Source: a virus (Duplodnaviria; Heunggongvirae; Uroviricota; Caudoviricetes). From it: DNA of 64,000 nt. The stretch covers positions 1-64,000 of IMG/VR virus record IMGVR_UViG_3300045988_024527; one strand, written 5' to 3'. Position numbers and translations under genes: made by a program. The notes under the pieces were generated by a model that saw only the letters and a program-made list of their open reading frames with translations, was not told the origin of the DNA and searched no databases. Positions 6,124-23,792 of the stretch are shown piece after piece; positions within the stretch are counted from its first letter, which is position 1, and the number at the start of each line of letters is the position of its first letter.

Positions 6124-7590
6124 ATGGCAGATATTACAGAAACACAAGAAAGCTTACCACCATTTAGAATGGGTGAAGTAGGTTCTTTGGGTCTGAAGGT
6201 TAAGAATGGAAGAATCTATGAAGAACCTCGTCAGGCACTAAGGTTCCCTGAAAGTATTAAAACTTTCCAATTAATGATGCGTGACCCTGCTGTAGCAGCA
6301 TCTGTAAATATTATTAAGATGTTTGTCAGAAAAGTCAACTGGAGATTCGTACCTCCAAAGGGAAAAGAGCAAGACCCTAAAATGCTTGAAAGAGCAGACT
6401 TCTTTAATTCTTTAATGGATGACATGGAGCATGATTGGGCAGATTTTATTAATTCTGTAATGTCATTCTGCACTTATGGGTTCTGTGTTAACGAGAAAGT
6501 TTATAAGAAGCGTCAGGGTAAGAAAGGAAAGTACCAGTCAAAATTTGATGATGGTCTAATTGGATGGGCTAAATTACCAATCAGAAACCAGTCAACGCTT
6601 GATAAGTGGTATTTTGATGAAGACTTTAGAAAAGTTACTGGTGTTAGGCAGAATCTGAGAAATGTTTCACATATTGCTGGAGCAATTAATCTTGGAGAAA
6701 GACCACTAACAAGAAAACTCCCACGAGCTAAATTCATGCTGTTTAAGTATGACGATGAATATGGAAACCCAGAAGGTCGTTCACCACTACTTAATGCCTA
6801 TGTGCCGTGGAAGTATAAAGTTCAGATTGAAGAGTACGAAGCAGTCGGTGTTTCAAGAGACTTGGTAGGTATGCCAAAAATTGGTTTACCACCAGATTAT
6901 CTGGATGAAAATGCAGAACCTGAAAAGAAAGCTTTCGTACAATACTGCAAAACTGTTGTTAACGATATGATTGCTAATGATAGAGCAGGTTTAATCTGGC
7001 CTAGATATATCGACCCAGATACTAAAGAGGATATTTTTGAGTTCTCATTAGTTTCTAGACAGGGTGCTAAAGCATACGATACAGGTTCTATTATTGACAG
7101 ATATTCCAAGCAGATTATGATGGCATTTATGTCAGATGTTCTTGCTATGGGTCAGTCAAAATATGGTTCATTCTCTCTTGCAGATTCTAAGACAAGCTTA
7201 CTAGCAATGTCAGTAGATATTCTACTGAAGCAAATTAAGAACGTAATTAACCGTGATTTAGTTGCACAGACTTATGCTCTTAATATGTGGGACGATGAAG
7301 AACATGTACAAATCACATATGATGATATCGAAACTCCAGACCTTGAAGCAATTGGTTCTTATATCCAGAAGACTGTTGCAGTAGGTGCTTTGGAAGTTGA
7401 CAAAGAGCTATCTAACAAGCTTAGAGAGCATATTGGCCTTCCTCCCGCTGATGAGTCTCAGCCAGTATCTGAAAAGCTTTCTCCAAATAGTCAAAGCCGT
7501 TCAGGAGATGGTTATAAGACCGCTGGAGAAGGTACTGCAAAGACACCTTCAGCGAAAGACCCAAGCACAGCAAATAAGGCAAATAAATAA
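6124..7590 (+). CDS. portal protein
   Basis: About 490 aa ORF directly after terminase, charged C-terminus; call from size and synteny; start at ATG 6124. Confidence 0.65.
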   Translation: MADITETQESLPPFRMGEVGSLGLKVKNGRIYEEPRQALRFPESIKTFQLMMRDPAVAASVNIIKMFVRKVNWRFVPPKGKEQDPKMLERADFFNSLMDDMEHDWADFINSVMSFCTYGFCVNEKVYKKRQGKKGKYQSKFDDGLIGWAKLPIRNQSTLDKWYFDEDFRKVTGVRQNLRNVSHIAGAINLGERPLTRKLPRAKFMLFKYDDEYGNPEGRSPLLNAYVPWKYKVQIEEYEAVGVSRDLVGMPKIGLPPDYLDENAEPEKKAFVQYCKTVVNDMIANDRAGLIWPRYIDPDTKEDIFEFSLVSRQGAKAYDTGSIIDRYSKQIMMAFMSDVLAMGQSKYGSFSLADSKTSLLAMSVDILLKQIKNVINRDLVAQTYALNMWDDEEHVQITYDDIETPDLEAIGSYIQKTVAVGALEVDKELSNKLREHIGLPPADESQPVSEKLSPNSQSRSGDGYKTAGEGTAKTPSAKDPSTANKANK

Positions 7591-8090
7591 TGGCTGAAGT
7601 TATCTCTATTCCAAATGCTACACGAGTGCATTCGTATAGAGGTGTTCTTATCATTACTGACAAATTATCTGTAGAGGCTGGCTCAAGGGTCAGCCTTTCA
7701 GGTTATGTAAGTGATGGTGGAACCTCTGACGTTTTCACTATTTGCAGGTTACTTGATGCTCCAATGAGTGGAAAACCGTTTATTTCAGGGAATTGTAGTG
7801 AAATTGTTAAAATTCCATTTGACAGTTCATGCCTTTTGGGTGTAAAGTTATATAACTGCGAGAATAAACGTATCAATGTTAATAGCATCGAAGCCGCTTT
7901 CATTACCCTCGACACTGCATTTCAATCTCCAATGACAGTTAATAAAGAAACAAACAGACTTGAATACATTTTTTCACAAAATGATTACAAAGTACTTGTC
8001 AAAGGTAAAGTATATGATATGATTGTAAATGTGGTAGATGAATCTGGTAACCATTCAACAGTCCTTAAACAAAAAGTAAGGTTTAATTAA
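7590..8090 (+). CDS. hypothetical head-associated protein (166 aa)
   Basis: ORF track; between portal and prohead protease. Confidence 0.4.
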   Translation: MAEVISIPNATRVHSYRGVLIITDKLSVEAGSRVSLSGYVSDGGTSDVFTICRLLDAPMSGKPFISGNCSEIVKIPFDSSCLLGVKLYNCENKRINVNSIEAAFITLDTAFQSPMTVNKETNRLEYIFSQNDYKVLVKGKVYDMIVNVVDESGNHSTVLKQKVRFN

Positions 8091-8422
8091 TGGGAACATT
8101 AACTATTGATGGTAAGAATAAAATCCTCGCCACGCTAACCCCAACGACTATTATTTTACACAATGTAGACCCAACGGCAGACCCTACAGCAAATAAGGTT
8201 ACTAAGCCAGTGGCTATTTATTTTTCTGAACCGGATAATGGCTTAATTGCCTCAGAAGATACAGTTAATATTACTGTTCCAGCTTCTGCAACGGTCTCAC
8301 ACTATAGCTTGTGGGATGCTAACGATAAATGCGTGGCAACTGGTGCTCTTAGCAAACCTCAATTCTTTGCTGAAGAAGGTATCTATGTTATCTCTTCAGT
8401 CTCTGTAGATTTAAACAAATAG
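8090..8422 (+). CDS. hypothetical protein (110 aa)
   Basis: ORF track; ATGA overlap with upstream gene. Confidence 0.4.
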   Translation: MGTLTIDGKNKILATLTPTTIILHNVDPTADPTANKVTKPVAIYFSEPDNGLIASEDTVNITVPASATVSHYSLWDANDKCVATGALSKPQFFAEEGIYVISSVSVDLNK

Positions 8423-8433
8423 GGTGAGTAAAA

Positions 8434-9780
8434 ATGAGTTCGAATATCTTCAGACTTGCTGATAGATTATTCAACCAACCTTTACTAGCCACTGAATCAT
8501 TAGCTCACTCAGCAGCAACTTATGTGAATAACAGATTGCTGGGTGATGTCCAAGCAGCAGTAAACTTTGATAAACCCAAAGGTGATGCAAGAAGTCTTTT
8601 AAAAGTAAAAGATGACATTGCTATTATCCCTATTATGGGTGGTTTAACTCATCGTATGACATTCATTGATGCAATGTGTACAGGTGGATTAAGCTCTTAT
8701 GAAGGTTTACGTAGAGGCTTTGACGAAGCTTTAGCAGATGAGTCAATCAAGACTATTGTTCTGCATATTGATTCTGGTGGTGGTGAAGCTTCAGGTTGCT
8801 TTGAATTAGCACGTCACATTATGGCTTCAAGAGGCCAAAAGAAAATTATTGCTTATGTAGATGAGTTCGCTTGTTCCGCTGCATACGCTCTTGCATCTTC
8901 TGCTGAAGAAATTATTGCATCACCAGATGCAGATGTTGGTTCTATTGGTGTAATTATGGTTCATCAGGAATTAACTAAGGCATTTGAAAAGAATGGCGTA
9001 ACAATTAACGTCATCAAAGCTGGTGAGTTTAAAGGTATGGGTTCACCATTCCAAGCACTCTCAGAAGAAAGCAAAGAAAGACTTCAAAAGAGAATTAATG
9101 ATACCTACGCAACCTTTACAGGTTTTGTAGCCGAATCTCGTAATCTCTCTGAAGAAGCTGTAAAGAATACTGAGGCGAATGTTTATTCTGCTCAGGAAGC
9201 TCTTGAACTTGGTTTAATTAACTCAATCATGTCTCAAGATGATTTCTTAAATTACTTACAAGGTTCTGAAGAGGCTCCTGTAAGTTTAAACGTTAACAAT
9301 TCAGGTGAAGAAATGACTGAACAAGAAAAGCAAGAACTAGAAGCTTTGCGTCTTCAGGTTGCTCAAATGAAAGCTAAAGAACAGGAAGCTGCTTTGTCAG
9401 ATTTGACTAATAAGATTTCTGCTTCTGCTGAAGCTTTTGGATTTGATGCAAAAGAAGCTGCAACGACTATTTTAGGTGCTGGTCTTGACAACCCTCTGAG
9501 TGTTCTGTTTATGAATGCTATGGAAGGTGCTAACCAGAAACTTAATGAAACTATCGCGTCTCATGCTTCTGCAATGGAAGAAAAAGAATCAGAAATTACC
9601 AAGCTGAAAGAAACTGCTGGTGCTGTTCTTGAACATTCCAACGCTATGGAAGAAGTGGGTAATGACGGCGAAGCTGATTTGGTTGAAGAAGAAAAAGAAC
9701 CAGCTAAGAATGCTTCCGAAGACACCGCTGAACAACGCAAACTGGCTCTCCAGAATGCTCTAAAATCTCTTATCAAATAA
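8434..9780 (+). CDS. prohead protease (S49/ClpP-like) fused to coiled-coil scaffold-like domain
   Basis: N-terminal IAIIPIMGGL...HIDSGGGEASGCFELARHI...CSAAYALASSAEEIIASPDADVGSIGV resembles SppA/ClpP-fold serine peptidases; C-terminal E/A/K-rich coiled coil. Confidence 0.7.
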   Translation: MSSNIFRLADRLFNQPLLATESLAHSAATYVNNRLLGDVQAAVNFDKPKGDARSLLKVKDDIAIIPIMGGLTHRMTFIDAMCTGGLSSYEGLRRGFDEALADESIKTIVLHIDSGGGEASGCFELARHIMASRGQKKIIAYVDEFACSAAYALASSAEEIIASPDADVGSIGVIMVHQELTKAFEKNGVTINVIKAGEFKGMGSPFQALSEESKERLQKRINDTYATFTGFVAESRNLSEEAVKNTEANVYSAQEALELGLINSIMSQDDFLNYLQGSEEAPVSLNVNNSGEEMTEQEKQELEALRLQVAQMKAKEQEAALSDLTNKISASAEAFGFDAKEAATTILGAGLDNPLSVLFMNAMEGANQKLNETIASHASAMEEKESEITKLKETAGAVLEHSNAMEEVGNDGEADLVEEEKEPAKNASEDTAEQRKLALQNALKSLIK

Positions 9781-9791
9781 GGAACACAATA

Positions 9792-10169
9792 ATGGCATAT
9801 CAAGGTTTTACTAAGTTAGGTAAAAGAGAACCTCTGAATGATATCATTCTTTGGGAACAGGTTACCCCAACAGGCCACTCTCGTAAAGAGTACACTCCAC
9901 AGGCATCTACAGAATACCGTGTAGGTGAAGTTCTGAAAGCAGATGGTACTAAGGTTACAGCAGGGCAAGAAGCTCAGGCTGATTCAGTATGTATCGTTAA
10001 CTTTTATGCAGACCTGCAACTGTCTTACCACGGTCAGTTGAAAGTTGTTGGTATTTACCGTGACGCAGAACTGAAAGACATGCTAACTCTTGAATCAAGC
10101 GTCAATGCTGATGAAGTCAAGAAGGCTCTGGCTGCTAAAGGTATTGATTTCGTACCAACTGGCCTGTAA
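9792..10169 (+). CDS. hypothetical head protein (possible decoration protein)
   Basis: 125 aa ORF between protease and major capsid; codon usage matches capsid gene. Confidence 0.4.
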   Translation: MAYQGFTKLGKREPLNDIILWEQVTPTGHSRKEYTPQASTEYRVGEVLKADGTKVTAGQEAQADSVCIVNFYADLQLSYHGQLKVVGIYRDAELKDMLTLESSVNADEVKKALAAKGIDFVPTGL

Positions 10170-10202
10170 TAACAATAATAAGACATTCTGGAGAATTTTA
10201 CA

Positions 10203-11306
10203 ATGTTGACTAATTCTGAAAAAAGCAGATTTTTCCTTGCTGACCTGACTGGTGAAGTCCAGTCTATCCCAAATACTTATGGGTATATTTCCAACTTAGG
10301 TCTGTTCCGTTCAGCACCAATCACCCAAACTACTTTCCTTATGGACTTGACTGATTGGGATGTTAGCTTGCTTGATGCGGTAGACCGTGATAGCCGTAAA
10401 GCAGAGACTAGCGCACCTGAGCGTGTTCGTCAAATCAGCTTCCCAATGATGTACTTCAAAGAAGTTGAAAGCATTACTCCTGATGAGATTCAGGGTGTAC
10501 GTCAGCCAGGCACTGCAAACGAACTGACTACTGAAGCTGTAGTACGTGCTAAGAAGCTGATGAAGATTCGTACCAAGTTCGATATTACTCGTGAGTTCCT
10601 GTTTATGCAAGCTCTGAAGGGTAAAGTTGTTGATGCTCGTGGTACTCTGTACGCTGACCTGTACAAGCAGTTCGACGTTGAGAAGAAGACTGTTTACTTC
10701 GACCTTGCCAACCCTAATGCTGACATCGACGCTTCTATCGAAGAACTGCGTATGCACATGGAAGACGAAGCTAAGACTGGCACTGTAATCAACGGCGAAG
10801 AAATTCACGTAGTTGTTGACCGTGTATTCTTCAGCAAACTGGTTAAGCATCCTAAGATTCGTGACGCTTATCTTGCACAGCAGACTCCGCTGGCTTGGCA
10901 ACAGATTACTGGTTCTCTGAGAACTGGTGGTACTGACGGCGTTCAGGCTCATATGAACACCTTCTACTACGGTGGTGTTAAGTTTGTCCAGTACAACGGT
11001 AAGTTCAAAGACAAGCGTGGTAAGGTTCACACTCTGGTGGGCATTGATGGTGTAGCAGCAACTGTTGGTGTTGGTCATGCCTTCCCTAACGTATCTATGC
11101 TGGGTGAAGCTAACAACATCTTCGAAGTGGCATATGGCCCATGTCCTAAGATGGGTTATGCAAATACACTTGGTCAGGAACTGTACGTATTTGAATACGA
11201 AAAAGACCGTGACGAAGGTATTGACTTCGAAGCTCACTCTTACATGCTGCCATACTGCACTCGTCCTCAGTTGCTGGTAGATGTTCGCGCTGACGCTAGA
11301 GGCTAA
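10203..11306 (+). CDS. major capsid protein
   Basis: 367 aa ORF after protease/scaffold; strongly biased codons (ctg, cgt, ggt, gac) unlike neighbours, consistent with very high expression. Confidence 0.7.
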   Translation: MLTNSEKSRFFLADLTGEVQSIPNTYGYISNLGLFRSAPITQTTFLMDLTDWDVSLLDAVDRDSRKAETSAPERVRQISFPMMYFKEVESITPDEIQGVRQPGTANELTTEAVVRAKKLMKIRTKFDITREFLFMQALKGKVVDARGTLYADLYKQFDVEKKTVYFDLANPNADIDASIEELRMHMEDEAKTGTVINGEEIHVVVDRVFFSKLVKHPKIRDAYLAQQTPLAWQQITGSLRTGGTDGVQAHMNTFYYGGVKFVQYNGKFKDKRGKVHTLVGIDGVAATVGVGHAFPNVSMLGEANNIFEVAYGPCPKMGYANTLGQELYVFEYEKDRDEGIDFEAHSYMLPYCTRPQLLVDVRADARG

Positions 11307-11326
11307 TATTCTTAAGGGGGTTATGA

Positions 11327-11776
11327 ATGTGTTATACAGGCGACCCAGCCAATAACCCTCTTGATAGAGTAAGAATCCTCTGCACAGACACTAATAATGA
11401 TGAAATTCTTATTGAGCAGTCTGTGCTAGAGTGGTTCTATCTAGAATCTGGAAAGGATGAAAAGAAAGCAGCCATCAAAGCTCTTAAATATTTACTCTTT
11501 CAAGTAGCCAAGATGGGAGATGAGAAGGTTGGTGGTGTTTATTTACGTAACTCTTCCAGATTCAAATCTCTGAAAGCTGTTTATGATGACCTTGTTAAAA
11601 GCTCTGTTTCAGGACTACCCTATGCAGGTGGTATTAATCAGTGTGATATTGACATGCGTCGTCAGAATCCTTGCTCTGTCAAGAAATACACAGAATATGG
11701 TGATGCTGCCAGATACGAAGGCAGGGATTACTGCAACCGTGTTAATGGCGTATTTATTATCGAGCGAGATGAATAA
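11327..11776 (+). CDS. hypothetical head-tail joining protein
   Basis: ORF track; synteny only. Confidence 0.35.
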   Translation: MCYTGDPANNPLDRVRILCTDTNNDEILIEQSVLEWFYLESGKDEKKAAIKALKYLLFQVAKMGDEKVGGVYLRNSSRFKSLKAVYDDLVKSSVSGLPYAGGINQCDIDMRRQNPCSVKKYTEYGDAARYEGRDYCNRVNGVFIIERDE

Positions 11777-12258
11777 TGGTTAAAAGGGTTATTCACCCCG
11801 CTAGAGCAAAATTAGTCGGGGCTATGAAGAACTTGCAAACGGCTAATGCTCAAGTTGGGTATTTTCAAGAACAAGGTCAACATAGCTCTGGTTTTTCTTA
11901 TCCTGCTTTAATGTATTTACAAGAAGTTATTGGAGTCCCTTCAGCTTCTGGTAAAGTATATCGTAGGTTGTTTGAAATCACTATGATGCTAAACAAACAG
12001 ACCTTGTTAGAGCAGACTAAGAAGAATCTATATAAGCAACTTAGCAGTCTCAACACAGACCCTTCAAATACCTTAGAAGCATTTGCAAAGAATGCTCAGA
12101 AGGCAATTAAAAGGGGCTTTGGTAATTCTGCTATCCTCCCTCCTAACGCACCTTCCACAGTCAAGAAAAAAGGCTTTAACGCACCTCTTGTTGAGACAGG
12201 TGACTTAAGAGACAACCTTGCTTATAAAATTTCTACTAAGAAGGGTATTAAGAAATGA
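11776..12258 (+). CDS. hypothetical head-tail joining / neck protein
   Basis: ORF track; synteny only. Confidence 0.35.
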   Translation: MVKRVIHPARAKLVGAMKNLQTANAQVGYFQEQGQHSSGFSYPALMYLQEVIGVPSASGKVYRRLFEITMMLNKQTLLEQTKKNLYKQLSSLNTDPSNTLEAFAKNAQKAIKRGFGNSAILPPNAPSTVKKKGFNAPLVETGDLRDNLAYKISTKKGIKK

Positions 12259-12656
12259 GACTCTTAAACAGACACAGCTTTGTAGTAAAGCGTAAAGTCT
12301 CTGAAGACGGTTATTATAACGATGATGGTGATTGGGTAGCTTCACAAGATATTGTAGAGGTTAACTGTAAAGGTAATATCCAGCCATATATCAAAGGTTC
12401 TGTAAAGAATGGTACACAGATTGCTTTACCGGAAGGTATCAGGCTTACCGATACAAGAATCCTGTATACTACATATAAACTTAGAACTTCAGATGATGTA
12501 GAGTGGAATGAGTCTGATATTGTTATGATTGATGGTCATGAGTATGAAGTATTTATGACTATGGATTGGTCACAACAATTAGCCCATACGTCCCATTATG
12601 AATATATCATTATTAGAAGGGATAAAATGAATGCAGTTAGAAACAGCAGAACTTGA
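12255..12656 (+). CDS. hypothetical neck / tail completion protein
   Basis: ORF track; overlapping start-stop coupling. Confidence 0.35.
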   Translation: MRLLNRHSFVVKRKVSEDGYYNDDGDWVASQDIVEVNCKGNIQPYIKGSVKNGTQIALPEGIRLTDTRILYTTYKLRTSDDVEWNESDIVMIDGHEYEVFMTMDWSQQLAHTSHYEYIIIRRDKMNAVRNSRT

Positions 12657-13230
12657 AAAAGGTCTAGTTAGAACCTTAGTGGATGTTATTGGTCACAGAC
12701 TAGCTCGTGATAAAAATAATAGACCCAATGTAATTAGAGCTTACCCTTCTGATAACTCAAATGACAAAGGTTTAAAACCTGACCAGCCATTTATTACCGT
12801 ATATTGTCAAGATGCTGCAACACCTTATGGTTGGGTTCTTGATAAGTTTGTTGAGGATGATGTAGTTTGCTACAGAATTGCTTTCCAGATTCCTGTATTA
12901 ATTACGGTGAATGGTAAAGGTGCTCACAGTATTATGCTTGAGCTTAAACAACGATTAGAGATGAGTTCAGTCAGAGATTTAATCCTTGAAGAAACAGGGG
13001 CTACAGTACTAGACACTGGAGCAATCCCAAATGATTACACTTATCTCAATACAGATTTCGAAAATTCTGCACCTCTTGTTGTAACTCTTGTAAAAAACTC
13101 AGTCCTGAAAGATGAACGTGGAAGTATTATTGAGCGTGTCATTGTTGATGGTGAGTTGGTTTATGAAGAAGGACAAGAGCCACCAGAATATACTATCCAT
13201 CTAGATGTAGACTCCAAAGGGGTAAAATAA
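12631..13230 (+). CDS. hypothetical tail terminator-like protein
   Basis: ORF track; immediately upstream of putative sheath gene. Confidence 0.35.
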   Translation: MQLETAELEKGLVRTLVDVIGHRLARDKNNRPNVIRAYPSDNSNDKGLKPDQPFITVYCQDAATPYGWVLDKFVEDDVVCYRIAFQIPVLITVNGKGAHSIMLELKQRLEMSSVRDLILEETGATVLDTGAIPNDYTYLNTDFENSAPLVVTLVKNSVLKDERGSIIERVIVDGELVYEEGQEPPEYTIHLDVDSKGVK

Positions 13231-14583
13231 ATGTGGAATCCAATTGTTAATGTAGATATTACATTGAACACCGCAGGAACTACAAGAGAAGGTTTTGGTT
13301 TGCCACTATTCTTAGCTTCAACAGATAACTTTGAAGAAAGAGTCCGTGGCTACACTTCCTTAACTGAAGTTGCTGAAGATTTCGATGAGAGGTCTGCTGC
13401 ATATAAGGCTGCTAAACAACTTTGGAGTCAGACTCCTAAAGTAACTCAGCTTTATATTGGTAGACGCACTATGCAGTACACTGTATCAATTCCTGATGCC
13501 GTTACCGAAAGTACAGACTACTCAATTACTGTCGCTGTTGGTGGTGGAATCTCTCAGCCATACCAGTACACAGCAAAAAGCTCAGATACTGCTGAGAAAG
13601 TTTTGAAACAGTTTAAAACACAGATTGAAGCTGACCCAACAATCAAAGATAAGGTTTCTGTGAACGTAACTGGTAGTGATGCTTCTGCCACAATGATTAT
13701 TACCAAAGCTGGTGATAATGACTTTGTGAAAGTAACAACCACAGCAAAGACTGTATATATTGCAAGTACAACTGCTGACACAGCATCGACTGCTCTGGCA
13801 GCTATTGAAGCTTATTCAACTGACTGGTATTTCATTGCAGCAGAAGACAGAACTCAACAGTTTGTCTTAGCAATGGCTTCTGAGATTCAAGCTCGTAAGA
13901 AGATTTTCTTTACAGCTAACTCTGATGTAACAGCCCTACAAGGCACAGAATTAGCTAGTGCAAATGATGTTCCAGCACAGCTTGCTAAGAATAAGTACAC
14001 TCGTACAGTTTGTTTGTGGCATCACACAGCAGCAGAAGACTATCCAGAAATGGCATACATTGCTTATGGTGCTCCATATGATGCAGGTTCGATTGCTTGG
14101 GGTAATGCACAGCTAACTGGTGTAGCTGCTTCTCTACAGCCAGCTAATAAGAGACCTCTGACAAGCATTCAGAAGTCAGCTTTAGATGCACGTCACTGTA
14201 ACTTTATTGACCTTGATGGTGGTGTTCCAGTGGTTCGTAGAGGGATTACTTCTGGTGGGGAATGGATTGATATCATCCGTGGTGTTGACTGGTTAGAATC
14301 AGACCTGAAAACTTCTCTGAGAGACTTGCTAATTAATCAGAAGGGTGGTAAGATTACTTATGATGATACTGGTATTACCCGTATTCGTCAAGTCATTGAA
14401 ACCTCTCTGCAAAGAGCAGTCAACAGAAACTTCCTGTCATCTTACACAGTTAATGTTCCTAAAGCCTCTCAAGTTGCTTTAGCAGACAAGAAAGCACGTA
14501 TCCTGAAAGATGTTACCTTCGCAGGTGTCTTAGCAGGGGCTATCTTGGATGTTGACTTGAAAGGTACAGTGGCTTACGAATAA
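13231..14583 (+). CDS. putative tail sheath protein
   Basis: 450 aa ORF followed by a 148 aa tube-like ORF, chaperone pair and tape measure; size and order typical of contractile tails. Confidence 0.55.
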   Translation: MWNPIVNVDITLNTAGTTREGFGLPLFLASTDNFEERVRGYTSLTEVAEDFDERSAAYKAAKQLWSQTPKVTQLYIGRRTMQYTVSIPDAVTESTDYSITVAVGGGISQPYQYTAKSSDTAEKVLKQFKTQIEADPTIKDKVSVNVTGSDASATMIITKAGDNDFVKVTTTAKTVYIASTTADTASTALAAIEAYSTDWYFIAAEDRTQQFVLAMASEIQARKKIFFTANSDVTALQGTELASANDVPAQLAKNKYTRTVCLWHHTAAEDYPEMAYIAYGAPYDAGSIAWGNAQLTGVAASLQPANKRPLTSIQKSALDARHCNFIDLDGGVPVVRRGITSGGEWIDIIRGVDWLESDLKTSLRDLLINQKGGKITYDDTGITRIRQVIETSLQRAVNRNFLSSYTVNVPKASQVALADKKARILKDVTFAGVLAGAILDVDLKGTVAYE

Positions 14584-14598
14584 TAGAGGTAAATTGGA

Positions 14599-15045
14599 AT
14601 GGCTATGTATCAGCAATATTCCCCTAAAGACGTTGTATGTAGCTGGAACGGCATTGCTATTGAAGGCTTTGCTCCAGACTCATTCTTGCGTCTACAGAGA
14701 ACATCACCACTTGTGACACCAGTTGTTGGGGCAGGTGGTCAGGTTGCTCTGACAAGAAATGCAGACAAGACAGGTACTATTGAGATTGAGTTAATGCAGA
14801 CTTCTCTCTCTAACCAGATGCTTTCTGCAATTCAAGCTAAACAAGACAATATGGAACTTGAAGAAGATATCTCTTCTAACTTCGTAATCTACGACCCATC
14901 AGGCTCTGTTCTGGCAACTGGTATTAACGCTTGGTTGCAGGAGTTACCACAGATTGAACTTGGTCGTGACCAGAACTCTAAAACTTGGATTTTTGGTTGT
15001 GAGAAGTTAGACTACACTTCTACAATTCCAGCGTCAAGTGTTTAA
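14599..15045 (+). CDS. putative tail tube protein
   Basis: 148 aa ORF after sheath, followed by a strong terminator. Confidence 0.5.
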   Translation: MAMYQQYSPKDVVCSWNGIAIEGFAPDSFLRLQRTSPLVTPVVGAGGQVALTRNADKTGTIEIELMQTSLSNQMLSAIQAKQDNMELEEDISSNFVIYDPSGSVLATGINAWLQELPQIELGRDQNSKTWIFGCEKLDYTSTIPASSV

Positions 15046-15057
15046 TAAATCCTATAA

Positions 15058-15089
15058 GGGGGAGACTTTAAAAGGTCTTCCCCTTTTTT
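15058..15089 (+). terminator. rho-independent terminator after tail tube gene
   Basis: 9 bp stem ggggggagac/gtcttcccc (one G-U), loop tttaaaag, tttttt 15084-15089. Confidence 0.65.
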
Positions 15090-15118
15090 GTTTCTTTTAA
15101 AAGTATTAAGGAATCACA

Positions 15119-15517
15119 ATGAAAACAGAATCTAGAGTAATTAATGGTAAGAAAGTAAATATCGTTCTGCTTGGGGCAAGAGATGGTATTAAGATGTCTA
15201 TGAAGTTGGGTAAAATTGTTGTTCCAACCTTTGCACAGATGCTATCAAGTCTGACTGACAAGGGTAAGAAGGAAGCTCCAATGGTTCCATTTAAAGAGCT
15301 TGTTGAAGCTTGTTTTGACAGAATTGAAGAAATTAACCTTGAAGAAATGGCTACCCTGTTATTTCAAGGAGCAACTGTTGATGACTTCCCACTTAATATT
15401 GATACATACTTCCAAGCAAACTATGGTGAATTTATTGATTACTTAGCATTTGCGCTGGAGGCAAACTTCGGAAGTTTTTTCGAAGCAAGCATTTTCAAAA
15501 GCCTAACTTCTCAGTAA
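15119..15517 (+). CDS. tail assembly chaperone (G-like)
   Basis: 132 aa ORF between tube and tape measure; contains slippery heptamer T_TTT_TTC at 15475-15481. Confidence 0.55.
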   Translation: MKTESRVINGKKVNIVLLGARDGIKMSMKLGKIVVPTFAQMLSSLTDKGKKEAPMVPFKELVEACFDRIEEINLEEMATLLFQGATVDDFPLNIDTYFQANYGEFIDYLAFALEANFGSFFEASIFKSLTSQ

Positions 15518-15758
15518 ACATGGGTAATACTCTACAGACACCACTAACTGATGCTGCTGTAGAGGCAACCTATGAAGAAGCAGACGAGATGAAATTTGTG
15601 CTTGCTATTTATGGTATGGAAGGGTGTAAAGAAACACTTGACCAACTCTTTGCTATGACATTCTCTGATTTATTATCATTGAGACAATTTCTTGAGATTC
15701 AGAGGTCGTATAAAGAGGAAATTGCTTACAACGAACTTAGAAGAGCAGGAAAAATGTA

Positions 15759-15759
<1 letters not shown>
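15439..15759 (+). CDS. -1 frame extension of tail assembly chaperone (GT-like frameshift product; listed ORF 15520-15759)
   Basis: The -1 frame is open from 15439 to the stop at 15757-15759, which overlaps the tape measure ATG; a shift at 15475-15481 would fuse the two frames. Confidence 0.45.
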
Positions 15760-23790
<8,031 letters not shown>

Positions 23791-23792
23791 TA

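Noticed and set aside
10311-11237. 308 aa - strand ORF antisense to the major capsid gene
   Set aside because: Antisense to a strongly codon-biased gene whose composition depletes stops on the opposite strand; no independent start signals; low-complexity translation.
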